From Takakia lepidozioides (Eukaryota; Plantae; Bryophyta), in assembly GCA_030704615.1 (NCBI GenBank), contig CM060733.1, positions 63,488,001 through 63,552,000 of the forward strand: DNA of 64,000 nucleotides. The letters run 5' to 3'. The stretch's first letter is position 1; every line of letters begins with the position of its first letter. The translations under genes were made by a program, and so were the position numbers. The notes below the pieces were generated by a model, which saw nothing but the letters and a program-made list of their open reading frames with translations, was not told where the DNA came from and ran no database searches. Of the stretch, positions 27,001 to 39,118 are shown in pieces.

Positions 27001-30000
27001 TTAAAATGTCCGTGGAAAGCTCAAAGATGTCCTTCTGACATGTTCCGTAAGTTCTCGTTTGATGCATCTATTGCGGTCCTGTTGGATGCAATTTCCACCC
27101 CCTCCGTATTTTGTGGTAGCAGGGGTGCAACGGAGAGTCCATTGTGCTCAAAAAGTTGGACACCCGAGCATACCAGGAGGTCTTGAGACCAACGGTTTTG
27201 AGCCTGATGGATGTTGTGAGGGTCCGGGCTGTCAGCCATATGGATGGAAGGACTTGTAACCTTGTAAGAAAAATTGTCAACCGGAAGATGGCCTCAGTTT
27301 GAAGCTGTACACATGCAAATTCCGCACATAGAAATTGTGATCGTGTTTTACCTCTAGCCCCAAGCGTTCCAACTTGGAGGAAAGATGATTGCAGCCGGGC
27401 AAGAGAAATGAAATGAAATGAAATGATACTTTATAACGGGAAGCTCAAAGAGCCAGTGCACAAGACAGAGCATTGGGACCTCTGACAACCCAACGACACA
27501 ACCATAAAACTACGAATCAACTTCTAGAGATTCTCCAAGGTGCAGAGCCTCATGTCGATATGCTGCAAAGTCCTTAAAATGCCTGAGGAACTAGAGAGCT
27601 TTGGGGGCCAGGAGAGAGAGGGGATGGGGTGCTTGCACGTCATTTGCATTGTATTTGTTACTTGATCCACCAACCATGGATTGGTTGCTGAGTTATCCAA
27701 TAATGTAGTTTAAATACAAAGTTTCTCTGTACTTTGAGCAATGTCACTACCTCTGGATATCTCCCTCTTTTTTTTAGTATGCCCCTTTCCTCTACTGCCA
27801 GTTTCAAGGCTTCTAATTACACTAGGATAGAGTCTCATTGCAAGAGACAACTAGATCTCATATGTTTGTGCAGGTGCAATCTGGGAAGGGCCTAAAGGGA
27901 AGGGAAGGATAGCAGTGCTTGGGAGTGTGGCCATGTTTGAGGATGCTTGGCTGGACAAAGAAGACAATGCTAAGCTTTTTGACTTTTTGGTCCACTGGCT
28001 AACTCAGCAAAGCTCAATCGAGGTTCTTTCTCTCCCTCATCAGCCCATTCTATCTCTTTGCGCTGATGATGATAGTTGGGAAGGGCAGAAGCTATCTTAC
28101 GTCAGAGGTTTCCAGCTGTCCTATCCACACTTTGTAGATATGTTTTTGCATACACAGGTGGAGAAGATAAATATTGAGGAGCTAGAGATGGGAGAATTTG
28201 AGCATGTGCCCAACACAGAAGCACTAGCAGCTCGCTTACGATGTTGCCTGCAGGTAACACAATACAAATTCAACTGTAATTCTGACTTGAGCACATTCAT
28301 GTATTGCACACCTTGTATTATTTTTGAGTAGTTTCACCCAACCTGAGCCCAAAAGTTCAAAAGAAAATTTGTTCAATCCAATTGAATTCTGTATTATCCA
28401 TTTGCAAAGAGATGGACACGCATCACTGAAAAAATTGAAAGGAGAGAAAATGGTCAAATGGATATTTTATTGACATTCTTAGTGAGATATGTGCAGGAGG
28501 CAGAGGAGTTACCCAAGGACTTCACAAAACTTGTGGATGACAAGCTATTTGAGTATCACACAAACTTGATCCCGAGTGTGGTGTCCCTGTATGAACGACT
28601 TGGTGTCAAACACACACCTCTCACTCTGATAACTCCTCAAGTGAGTGGTAACTCTGTCTTACTGCTTGTATACGCTTCTCACACCCAATGTTGAGATTCT
28701 TGTTCCCTTCATACAAGGGCAGTACTACAACATTTGAAATGGCATAAATCACCAATTTACACTTTCAGGGTAAACAATAGGAAATACCGGAATCTGGATG
28801 GTTTCATTCGCTTGCAAGCTATGGCTTATTTAAAGCCAGTAATTTATTATCTTCATACACTTTGCTTGCAAGTTTTCCAGCATGTTAGGCAAATCTCTGC
28901 AAGAGGACGTCATGCAGCATGTGTGGAGTACTTCAAATCATTTCATGGAAGGGAACATTCACAGGACCCTAGTGAAAGCAGTGCTGTAGGGCTGTAGGGA
29001 GCTTTGGTTGGGTATTGAATCCATGTCCTCATACAGTCCATATGTCGATTGATGAAGGGAAAGAGTGATGACCACAAAGTATTGCTTGATGCAAGATCAG
29101 TTTGAGATGCCATCACCACCACTACAGCCAGCAGTGTTTGCACCAGCCTTGCGAGAGCCACCCCCTCCAGCAATAGATCTTTTCGACCTTGATGATTGCT
29201 TTGCATCACCCTTCGTACGCCTTGCACAGCTCACCAATAAGGTCTGTGTCTAGTTGTTTTTATTTGTTTTCATGTTCCAGTCCATTGTCCCATAAGCTCT
29301 CTCAACCTGCTTGTGAACATTGTAAAGTTTATACCTCTCCTTGTGGGGCTTTTTCTGTGGGCCCCAGATTTGTCCTTGTTATTGCTTTCTTTTTTTGAGC
29401 TTTCCGTACCCGTACCATGTTCTTTCTTTCCTTTATACCATTTCATTTCATTTCATTTCCTTCTCCTTTTCAATTCTCTTCTCTATACAATCAATCCAAA
29501 TGCCATTCATGACATGGTGATTCATTGAGAAGATTCAAGAATAAAGTTAGGGAGGTGATGCCACAACCTTTGTTCTCAGCAAAGAATTGAGTCAACATTC
29601 ATCTTCAGGATTACACAGCTTAAATGGGTAGTAAACAGTGCAATCTATTGTGTTGTGTCCATGGTCTAAACTGTTCGTTTCCAGCATTGCTTCTTCTCAA
29701 GCATAGTTTGTCACTGCAGTGCAAAAATGCCGACGCAGAAGACTTGCAGTTTTACACATTGGAAGGAGCTGCCATCCTGGGGGTAACCCCCAAGGTCTCT
29801 CTCCACTCTCTCCACTTTAGGCTGTCTATATCCATTTTTCTCCATTTAGAATGGGCATGGCATATTCCTCTAGCGCACTTAGAAAGCAAGAACAGCTGCA
29901 CGTGTGTTTGTGAATATGTTTAACTCACAACCTGATTTACCCTCACACCATCTAATGTGAAAACGATCCATATGGCCTAACTCATTTCCAGGCTTCAATT

Positions 30001-30365
30001 ACTTTACCTCCGCATCTGTAAGAATGCCTTGTTGGCAGTCTGAAGATGGATGAACAAGAGTCTGCAGATCTTGTCCTTGGCTCATCAGTCTAGGGGCAGA
30101 CCATTCTTGAGAGACAGAGGAAAAGAAAGAGACAGTAACTTATAAGTCATTCTTTAGATTGTACTCATAAGACGCTGTTTGCTGTAGCCTTGTGGCCATT
30201 GTGGCCTTGTGGTCATTCTTTAGAGACAGAATAAAACCAAAGGATGATCATTGTCTGAATTCGTAGGTGGTTGGAGTATCAGATAATTCAAGGGATGCAG
30301 CGAAAGCAATGTTGGCCTTCATATTCCGTGAACTTGTCAACATGAAGAAGCTTCGCATGGTGTAA
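24043..30365 (+). CDS. IFT52: Intraflagellar transport protein 52 (IFT-B subunit), multi-exon; first exon(s) not located
   Basis: Exons give ETHTPGQGFKHMVRKLR, GCPREKFTTEE, YLNLGGNMLLL, KYLHPKEVLI, VYPYGATLSIQRPAAAILSSG...RPIG, GSVAMFEDAWLDKEDNAKL, LTLITPQ|FEMPSPPLQPAVFAPALREPPPPAIDLFDLDDCF and RLAQLTNK|C. Stop TAA at 30363-30365. These are diagnostic IFT52/OSM-6 motifs. Confidence 0.92.
25130..25690 (+). mobile_element. Intronic LINE 3' fragments: duplicated ORF2 C-terminal CCHC knuckle plus (CATTT)n tail
   Basis: EIEKYFFFHCPLYYVI and RLCPAC...KHFFSHCPFYYEIRGRF lie ~130 bp apart, followed by GAGCTTTCCGCGGACGTTATAAAGTACAATTTCATTTCATTTCATTTC. Confidence 0.65.
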
Positions 30366-30687
30366 ACAACCATAACTCCCAATCTTGACTGACAAATAAT
30401 GGACTTCAATTGTCAATAGTCGTAAGCCCATCCGAGCATGTTGCACCACACTTTCGAGTATGAGTAATTAAAGAATTGGACCTTGGCTACTAGTAAGGTT
30501 TCAACATGCCTGAACGGCTAAATCTTCCCTTTACATCAACTTGTTGCGAGGTACCTTGTGTGATCCTTGTGTGTTGGTGAAATTGTCATGAGCACATCCC
30601 CTCTCTCTTATAGACTACACAGATCAGATGCACACAATTTCAAACAAATATCATCAAAGTTCCATCCACAAGAAAAACAGTGCTTAA

Positions 30688-31406
30688 CCCCTGAAGGACG
30701 AGCTAACTTTTGGGAGTTTTCCCAAAATGTGGGCCATACCCTCCATAACTTCCTACCCCCTTACATCCAGCTGGATGAACCCTTCCATTTCATCCCTACC
30801 TACTCGTTGCATTTAGTAGATTATAACAAAAGAAAATTGAACAAGTTGAAACCATGAACAAAAAAAGAGAAGAAAAATTGCTTTGACCATGCAAGTTTGG
30901 TGATTTTACAATTTTTCTTGAAGAAATGGCCTCCAGAATCCGGATAAGGGGCAACCAACAGGTCATCTCCCAGAATCTCAGACCAAAATGCCAAAAATAT
31001 GGGGGGATGCTTTGTATGTGAAATCTGGGGAAAAAAACCTTGTTTTGGCTTCTTCCCAAGTACACCCATGAGGTGTCATTTGTTTTCCAATTCCTCTTGT
31101 AAGTAAGTGCACAGGAACATTTCATGGTGCCTTGTCCAAATTTTTTGGCATTATGATAAATTTTCAGCCCATTTGGCTATCTCGTAGGCAGGTCAATGGT
31201 GCTCTAACACTGGATTTCATGAAACCCTGGCACTTCGCAAAATTCTAGGGAGCAGAGCTTTTATGATTTTTTAGCGCTGTAAATTCCCACATGTGCTCCT
31301 CTCTGACATGTACAATTCATCTTCAAGGTTCACTTCCATCCAATATCATCCATGGGAATTGGAGCGTGGCAAGTAATCTGATTGGGGTCGCGTCATCCTT
31401 TAGGGG
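30688..31406. mobile_element. piggyBac-like non-autonomous element
   Basis: TTAA at 30684-30687 and 31407-31410 flanks inverted ends CCCCTGAAGGACGA / CCCCTAAAGGATGA (12 of 14 match). No coding capacity. Confidence 0.6.
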
Positions 31407-31574
31407 TTAATTTGGGAGTGCGGAAGTCTGCCTCTTTTGGACAGTTGAGATCTTCTTTTTCAATTCAAATTAGGCTTGGTGTTTTGTGCCTCTTTTGGAC
31501 AGTTGAGATCATCTTTTTCAATTCAAGATATGTTTTGTGAATGGATACTTGAAAACCTTTATGGATGCACACTC

Positions 31575-31700
31575 CTGCTCAACGGCCTGGTGGTATGATA
31601 TCTTGCGAATTGACCGGTGGGTCTGGGGTTCAAACCCCTGTGAACTGTCCCTCTCTGCCTTCGGACTGGGCAGTTGGTTAACAGGGTTCTCAAGGTAGGA
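31575..31700 (+). mobile_element. Possible tRNA-derived SINE head
   Basis: A-box-like CGGCCTGGTGG (~31583-31593) and B-box GGTTCAAACCC (~31627-31637) at tRNA-like spacing. No complete cloverleaf. Confidence 0.4.
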
Positions 31701-32166
31701 GAATGGCTGCAATTTCAGGGTAGTATTTAGATTGTGGTGGTGATACCCTGGAATGTGTTCTTGCATCTAATTTTTCAAAGATGCCACAGAGTGGATGCCC
31801 TGAGGGTTTCGAAAACAGGGCCGTTGAGACTATGCTCGATCGATTCCAATACTGCAGTGGAGCAACAAGCACAGCTCCACCATCCACACCAGATTTAGGA
31901 CAGCACTCTGATTTCCTTCCCCTATCACCAAAGTAAGTCAAAATCCCCCCTTCCTTCATCACCTGCTCCATCCAAGGGCAAATACGAGCGGACTTCCCAC
32001 CTATGTTGGGTAGACTCCACTACCATATCCTGTGGATATACCACAGGAAGTGCCCTAAACAGTACACATCATGGTCAATATTCTCAGGAAATGGTGGAAG
32101 AACTGAGTAGTTACACAGATCAATCAATGAAGCAGGACACTCGCACCTTTCCAGAAGAACATCATT

Positions 32167-35100
32167 TCACCAGTAATCACCACAAGAACAAACCCCATCT
32201 TCAAAGTGGTGAAAGCGGTTAGCATCCCGTACAACAATCGCTCGGCCAACAATCTTTGAGATGAACTTGGTGGAGGTGTGGCAGTCACCACACACCCGAA
32301 GATTCTTTATGAGATGGAGAGGCGTCCTAGGGGCCGTGCTGATCAGCCCAAAACCAATGGCCAGTTTCTCACTGTGGTGGCAAAGAGAAAATTCCTTTTG
32401 CTCCTCCCCCACATCATGCAATACAAAGCGCGTGTCAGGCACATACCCTGCATCCATCATCTGCCCAGACAATCTTCTCAGCTCAACATGGATTTCCTTA
32501 ATTTTGGGATGCAATTTGTCATCTACAACAAAGGTGTGCACCCTGTTGCCGACCTCAATGCAGCAGTGACCTGGCTCCTTGCTAGCCCCTCTGACCTTCA
32601 TCATTTTTCTCACCTTGGCACTATCGTCCCACCTGCCAGCTGCGGCGTAGATGTTTGACAGCAACACATATGTCGCAGCATCCTGTTCATCCCACCTGAG
32701 AATAGATGTTGCCGCACGTTCAGCCATCTCCACATTGCCATGGATTCTGCAGGCACCAAGCAAGGCCTTCCACACCACAGCATCTGGTTTGATTGGCATT
32801 TGATTAATGAGGTCCTCTGCCTCATCCAATCGTCCCGCACGTCCAAGAAGGTCCACCATGCAGCCAAAGTGCTTCACTGTTGGGGTGACACCATGATCTT
32901 GACTCAGGGAATCAAAGTAGCGTCTTCCGTCATCCAATAGGCCAACGTGGCTGCAAGCAGAGAGAACACATATAAAGGTGATACTGTCCGGCTTCAAACC
33001 TACCATTTGCATCCCTTCAAATAGTTGTAGGGCCGCCCTGTGACAACCATGCTGTGCATGGCCTGCGATCATCGCGTTCCACGACACCAAATCTCGTTCA
33101 GCCATATTGTCAAACACTCCCTTTGCATCCTCGATGCACCCGCATTTGGCATACATGTCCACCAGGGTATTGTTCAGATTGATATCTGGTACAATTCCAG
33201 CTTTGACAATGTCACCATGGACCTCTTTGCCCTTTACCAGGGCTGCCAGGCTCGCACATGCATTGCAAACACAGACAAACGTGATGTGGTTGGGCTTCAC
33301 CCCTTCCCGCATCATTTGCTCATAGGTCTCCAAAGCCTCCATCCCATGCCCATGCTGGGCATATCCTGCGATCATCGCGTTCCATGACACCACATCTCGT
33401 TCAGCCATATTGTCAAACACTCCCTTTGCATCCTCGATGCACCCACATTTGGCATACATGTCCACCAAGGTATTGTTCAGAATGACGTTTGGTGCAATTC
33501 CAGCTTTGACGATGTCACCATGGACCTCTTTGCCCTTTTCCAGGGCTGCAAGGCTCGCACACGCATTGCAAATGCAAACAAACGTGATGTGGTCAGGCGT
33601 CACCCCTTCCAGCATCATTTGCTCATAGGTCTCCAAAGCCTCCATCCCACACCCCTGCTGTGCATATCCTGCCATCATCACGCTCCACGATACGACATTT
33701 CGATCAGCCATATTATCAAACACTACCTTCGCATCCTCGATGCACCCACATTTGGCATACATGTCCACCAGAGTATTGTTCAGAATGACATCCGGTACAA
33801 TTCCAGCTTTGACAATGTCACCATGCACCTCTTGGCCCTTTTCCAGGGTTGCCAGGCTCGCACACGCATTGCAAATGCAAACAAACGTGATGTGGTTGGG
33901 CTTCACCCCTTCCTGTATCATTTGCTCATAGGTCTCCAAAGCCTCCATCCCACGCCCTTGCTGTGCATATCCTGTGATCATCGCATTCCATGACACCACA
34001 TCTCGTTCAGCCATGTTGTCAAACAGTCCCTTTGCATCCTCTATGCACCCACACTTAGCATACATGTCCACCAGGGTATTGCTCAGAATCACATCTGGTA
34101 CAATTCCAGCTTTGAAGATGTCACCATGGACCTCTTTGCCCTTTTCCAGGGCTGCCAGGCTTGCACATGCATTGCAAACGCAAACAAACGTGATGTGGTT
34201 GGGCTTCACCCCATCCCGCATCATTTGCTCATAGGTCTCCAAAGCCTCCATCCCACACCCCTGCTGTGCATGGCCTGCGATCATCGCATTCCATGACACC
34301 ACATCTCGTTCAGCCATATTGTCAAACACTACCTTTGCATCCTCGATGCACCCACACTTGGCATACATGTCCACCAGGGTATTGTTCAGAATGACATCTG
34401 GTACAATTCCAGCTTTGACAATGTCACCGTGGACCTCTTTGCCCTTTTCAGGGGTCGCCAGGCTCGCACACGCATTGGAAATGCAAACAAACGTGATGCG
34501 ATTGGGCTTCACCCCTTCCCTAATCATTTGATCATAGGTCTCCAAAGCCTCCATCCTGCGCCCCTGCTGTGCATATCCTGCAATCATCGCACTCCACGAC
34601 ACCACATCTCGTTCAGCCATATTGTCAAACACTCCCTTTGCATCCTCGATGCACCCACATTTCGCATACATATCCACCAGGGTATTGTTCAGAATGACAT
34701 CTGGTACAATTCCAGCTTTGACAATGTCACCATGGACCTCTTTGCCCTTTTCCAGGGTTGCCAGGCTAGCACACGCATTGCAAACGCAAACGAACGTGAT
34801 GTGGTTGGGCTTCACCCCTTCCCACATCATTTGCTCATAGGTCTCCAAAGCCTCCCTCTCGCGCCCCAGCTGTGCATATCCGGCAATCATCGCGCTCCAT
34901 GACACCACATCTCGTTCGGACATACTGTCGAACACTCCCTTTGCGTTCTCGATGCACCCACATTTGGCATACATGTCCACAAGGGTATTGTTCAGAATGA
35001 CATCTGGTACAATTCCAGCTTTGATGATGTCACCATGGACCTCTTTGCCCTTTTCCAGGGCTGCCAGGCTCGCACACGCATTGCAAACGCAAACAAATGT

Positions 35101-36383
35101 AATGTGGTTGGGTCTCACCCCTTCCCGAATCATTTGCTCATATGTCCCCAAAGCATTCCTATTACACCCATGCTTGGTAAATCCTGCCATCATTATATTC
35201 CACGAGACCACACATCGTTGAGGCATTCTGTTGAACACTTGGTGAGCATCCACGATGCTCCCACACTTAACATACATGTTGACAAGGGTGTTACTTAGAA
35301 AAATGTTTGGCTTGAATCCACTTCGGATAATGTGAGCGTGCACCTGCTTTCCAGCTTCCAGGCCTCTCATCTTGATGCACTTACGCAAGAGACACACATA
35401 AGTATCTGAATCTGCGGAAATGCCTCCTTGGTTTAGTGTCTGTAAAGCCTCTTTCAGTTGCCCTGCCTCACATAGCATCCTCACATGCCCAGAAGTGCCA
35501 CAAGAGGCTTTGTGGACTCCATCTCTTGGTCCTCTTTCGGGAGCTGTGGTCATGGTTGAGGTGCCTGATTTCATCAACTGTGCCCCTACTGCTGCTGCTT
35601 CCATTTGACCATCTACCCATGCAGGTTCCTTGTGGCTATCGATCCACAGGGACCCATAGGTGATGTTGTTTTTGAAATGCAGCCCTCTTTGATGAATCTG
35701 GACCCACACTCTATCCCTGCTCCTTCAGCTATCCCTGCCTCTGCACTATTCATGTATAGGCCCTCGCCTTGCTGCTAGCAGCTGACAATGACAGCCTAGA
35801 TTTGTTCTAGCAAACACCCCAACGTAAATTATCACACACTACTCCCGATGCTGAATTTCTCCCAAGACGTTAAAACTGTGCTGGGGAGAGAGAGGATGAC
35901 AATTGCCAACAAAGCTTTGCATTGCATCTTGTTGTCTGCTTCTCTCGGTAATCTAACAGGCATTCACCTTTTTGCCCCGATTGTCCCACCATTGACTGGG
36001 GTCGGAAAAATATTCATTCCAGAGCTTCTCCTTGTCTTTGTTATTTGTTTTTGGACCATTTCCTGCTGCCACATTGGCAGTAACATGTGAAAATCACTCC
36101 AAACCGATCCACCAAACGAGCTTACTTGCAGAACTCAACATGGAAAATTAGGGACGACTCTGATAAGGCGCAAAACATGCAGAATTGTGTTGAAGAAGAA
36201 AGTGCCCTCACCACATTGTCCTTGACCTTGTGTCATGAAAGCAGCTAGCTTTTCTTTCACCCCTGGAGGATTCGACCGACCATCAACCCAAAAGAACCTC
36301 TTGTGTGTGCTGCTTGTGTCTGTAGTCAGGCGATCTCGGAATGCTCTGTGAGGAGAACCAGCACGGTGCAGCTGAGCAGCCAT
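32167..36383 (-). CDS. PLS-class PPR-E1-E2-DYW C-to-U RNA editing factor with an N-terminal OSB-type PDF motif (gene B)
   Basis: Main exon 35697-32167: L-S + 7x(P1L1S1) + P2L2S2, E1/E2, HSEKLA, CGDCH, DYW. Upstream exon 36062-35968 encodes LWNEYFSDPSQWWDNRGKK|GT. Exon 36383-36212 is in frame. The true start is uncertain. Confidence 0.93.
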
Positions 36384-36531
36384 AGATTTAAACTTGGCCT
36401 CCTAAGACCAAGCTAACCTCCCAAGTACCCTGTAAACACCAGGAGAATACCAAATAGTCATAGTAACAGGAAGAGCCCACATTTTGCAGGATGGACAAAC
36501 TTCTTCAGGTCGGACATTAAGAAAGCCACAC

Positions 36532-37379
36532 CTTGTGATTGCAGTTGTCCCGTCATTGTGAAGGATCTTTAAGAACCTCATGCCAGCTCTGCTCCTCCAT
36601 GATCCAAAGTAGACCTTTGTTCCCGAAAATTCAACAGCATCAACATTTTGACAGGTTCCTTTATGGAGGAGTTCTAGTTAGCTTTCAACAACATTCATGC
36701 AAGTCACTTTGGGCTCCATTGGACTCGACACAATGAGGAACATACGAACATGTCCAAAATTACACATATGCTAAACCAGCTTATGTCTGTAGTTTGGAGA
36801 TTCCGGACTGGTCCGTGAAAACCACCAGGGAGCAGCTGAGCAGCCACAGTCACAACCCTCCCCAGTACCTTGCAAACTCCAGGGAAAAGACCTTGCGTAT
36901 CCTACTTTCATGGAAGTACAACCTACGACACGGACAGTAAAAAGCAGCAGAGCAAAGCGAGATTCTAACTTCACTCAACAACTAAGGGTACAATCCGTCC
37001 ACACAATACGGTCATACAAGAGTTCAGTCAAACTGCCTCAGACTCCTTCTTATCCTACATGGAAAAAGCTCACCTTAACAAAGCTACTGTCCCACCGTTG
37101 TGAAGGATCTTTCAAGAACGCCTGCCACCGCTGCTGCATACTCCAGTGTTGACGTACGCGCCAGATATACCAATTATCGGCCTTGTCTAACGACCCCGTG
37201 CGCTTTCTTGCTCCTTTGCCCATAGGACATTCGTTTTTGCTGAATTGCGCAAAAGACAATTCGGAGCCTGGATCCGACGGCGCACACACACAACAAAGCG
37301 ACCCCAAGAAAGGAACCGCGAACTGTTTCGTGTTATTACCTAATTTGAATGGCATCCATGAAGGCGCCATAGCTACCAT
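36532..37379 (-). pseudogene. Upstream exons of PPR gene B with partly degenerate PDF motifs
   Basis: Open first exon 37379-37074 ends WQAFLKDPSQRWDSSFVK|GTGAGC. The next exon (36812-36532) has a mutated acceptor (CACGG) and reads SPESPNYRHKLV* and WHEVLKDPSQ*RDNCNHK|GT. Confidence 0.65.
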
Positions 37380-37707
37380 CTGCAAGAGACTCCGTCCTCT
37401 CCACAACCAGCCCTCTAATCCGCTGCTTAACGCGAGGCCTCTCGCATGACCGTAAAAAGCGCTTCAAATTTTTGTAGTGTATTGTGCGTGGCCTTATAGG
37501 GCATAATCTAACGCTTAGGCAGGCCGGGTGCCCGTAAGCAACTCTCCAGGCTGGCGCGGTGCGTTCCGCAGCGCCAGGCAGCACATACAACAGCCTCAAG
37601 CTTTAAATTAATGTTCTAAAAAACAAGCCGTTGATGAAGCCTCCGAGTCTATGTCTGACTCTGCACTAGTTGAGGGTGGAGGTGAAAGTGGTCTGAACCG
37701 AATACCT

Positions 37708-37785
37708 GTAAGCAACTCTCCAGGCTGGCGCGGTGCGTTCCACAGCGCTGCGGAACGCACCGCGCCAGCCTGGAGAGTTGCTTAC
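37708..37785. repeat. 78-bp near-perfect palindrome; one arm also present at 37534-37574
   Basis: GTAAGCAACTCTCCAGGCTGGCGCGGTGCGTTCCACAGC followed directly by GCTGCGGAACGCACCGCGCCAGCCTGGAGAGTTGCTTAC (one mismatch). Confidence 0.95.
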
Positions 37786-37978
37786 GTACTAAGAACGTGA
37801 CGAGCCCCAGGGGCGAGCCTGCGTTCCGGTAGGGTGGAACGGGCTCCACCGGACCCGGTGTCTCCCCACCGTTGATCAATAGTACTACAAACGGCTACGA
37901 TCCACTGGATATGGGCCGTGGATATGACACATATATGCGACAATCTGACGGTCTATATGAGAGCCTCTAGGTGACGCG

Positions 37979-38436
37979 TTATGACACAGGACCACTGTTC
38001 CAAATCAACCCAGAACCATTGTCTCGGAAAGCATGAGACGATGGAAAGCTCATGAGCGTAGGCAAGGCCGCACGTGGCTGCCCCACTCGATTGACCACTG
38101 CTAGAGGTGGACGATCATCATGTCGCATTCTCTGTAGTTGCCTCCCTTGGTCCAAAATGCCTTCAACCGTGAGATTGGGTAGCCGTTGAATGGAATCATA
38201 TGCTCTCTTGAGCAGCTCTGATGGTGCAAGATTGGTCCACCACAATCGAGGTCGATGCACGCGTGATCCCACCGTTGTTGCATTCAATAGTACCGCCGAT
38301 CCAATATCCAAGACCGCACCTGATGCACACTGGCCATAACCCTGGCCCGAGAATCCCCCATAAGAGGAACATTCTCTAAGATATAGCCTAGAGGTTGCAC
38401 TTGCCTCGTCTGCAAGTCCCGCAACACTCGCAATAA
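37979..38436 (-). pseudogene. Fragment of a C5-cytosine DNA methyltransferase domain, probably retrotransposon-borne
   Basis: One frame reads LLRVLRDLQ...GYILENVPLMGD (motif VI ENV at 38376-38368). After a frameshift near 38305 the frame reads AVLLNATTVGSRVHRPRLWWTNL (motif VIII RxR). Intronless. Motifs I, IV, IX and X are missing. Confidence 0.72.
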
Positions 38437-38715
38437 GCTTCACCTAAGCAGAGTAGCATGGAAAACACCAACTGCGTACAAGAATTGTAGCAGGATTGCA
38501 CGCCAAAGATGGAAGCACGTCTCGTCTTAACTCATCACCGACAACGGCGAGACGGAGGGGCTGCGCCAAACGATCCGCCATAGCTGCTGCACTCCGCAAC
38601 ACTCTCCTATTCTCGCATCCCTCCGTACCTCTCTTCCGCCCCACCCTTGCTCGCCCTTGCAGCGGCTTTGATCCCACGACCTTCCAGCTCCTGAAACTGG
38701 TCTTTGGTTCAAACA

Positions 38716-39000
38716 TTAAAAGCAGGTGTGGCGGATTCTGCCACTTTTTCGGCCGAATTCTCAGGCCGAATCGGCCACCCAGGGCAGAATCAGCAGGGAT
38801 GGCCGATTACGCACAAAGGACGGCAGACCTACCACCGAGGCCCATGTCATCAGCCGTCAACCCACCCATCCGCTTTCCCCTGAGGCTCGCCCTGTTTATA
38901 TCCTCTCCAGGGCTCTGAATCTGGGCAATCGATATGGGATAATCGAACCTCAATCACATTGCGCCACGTAGAGGCGAGAATCCGCCACACCTGCTTTTAA
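38716..39000. mobile_element. MITE-like element with 24-bp terminal inverted repeats bounded by TTAA
   Basis: TTAAAAGCAGGTGTGGCGGATTCT at 38716-38739 and its exact reverse complement at 38977-39000. Confidence 0.7.
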
Positions 39001-39118
39001 GGCCAGTGAACGGGCCGCGTTGGCCGACTCTGCCCTGTGCGCGGCCATAGGGCTCGCCCAAAGGCCGCTTACGGGGCAGAATCGGCCAAACACGGCCCCT
39101 TCTCTAGTACGTTAAAAC

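Larger units (their letters stand above)
31872..37452 (-). repeat. Copy 2 of the inverted segmental duplication (partner 7304-12233)
   Basis: Collinear with copy 1 including introns and flanks. Longer mainly through two extra 303-bp PLS triplets. Confidence 0.88.

Noticed and set aside
31428-31525. 60-bp-period tandem duplication
   Set aside because: Two copies only, in a 3' intergenic region, with no evident function.
31575-31660. Functional tRNA gene
   Set aside because: A and B boxes are present but acceptor and anticodon stems do not pair convincingly. Treated as SINE-like.
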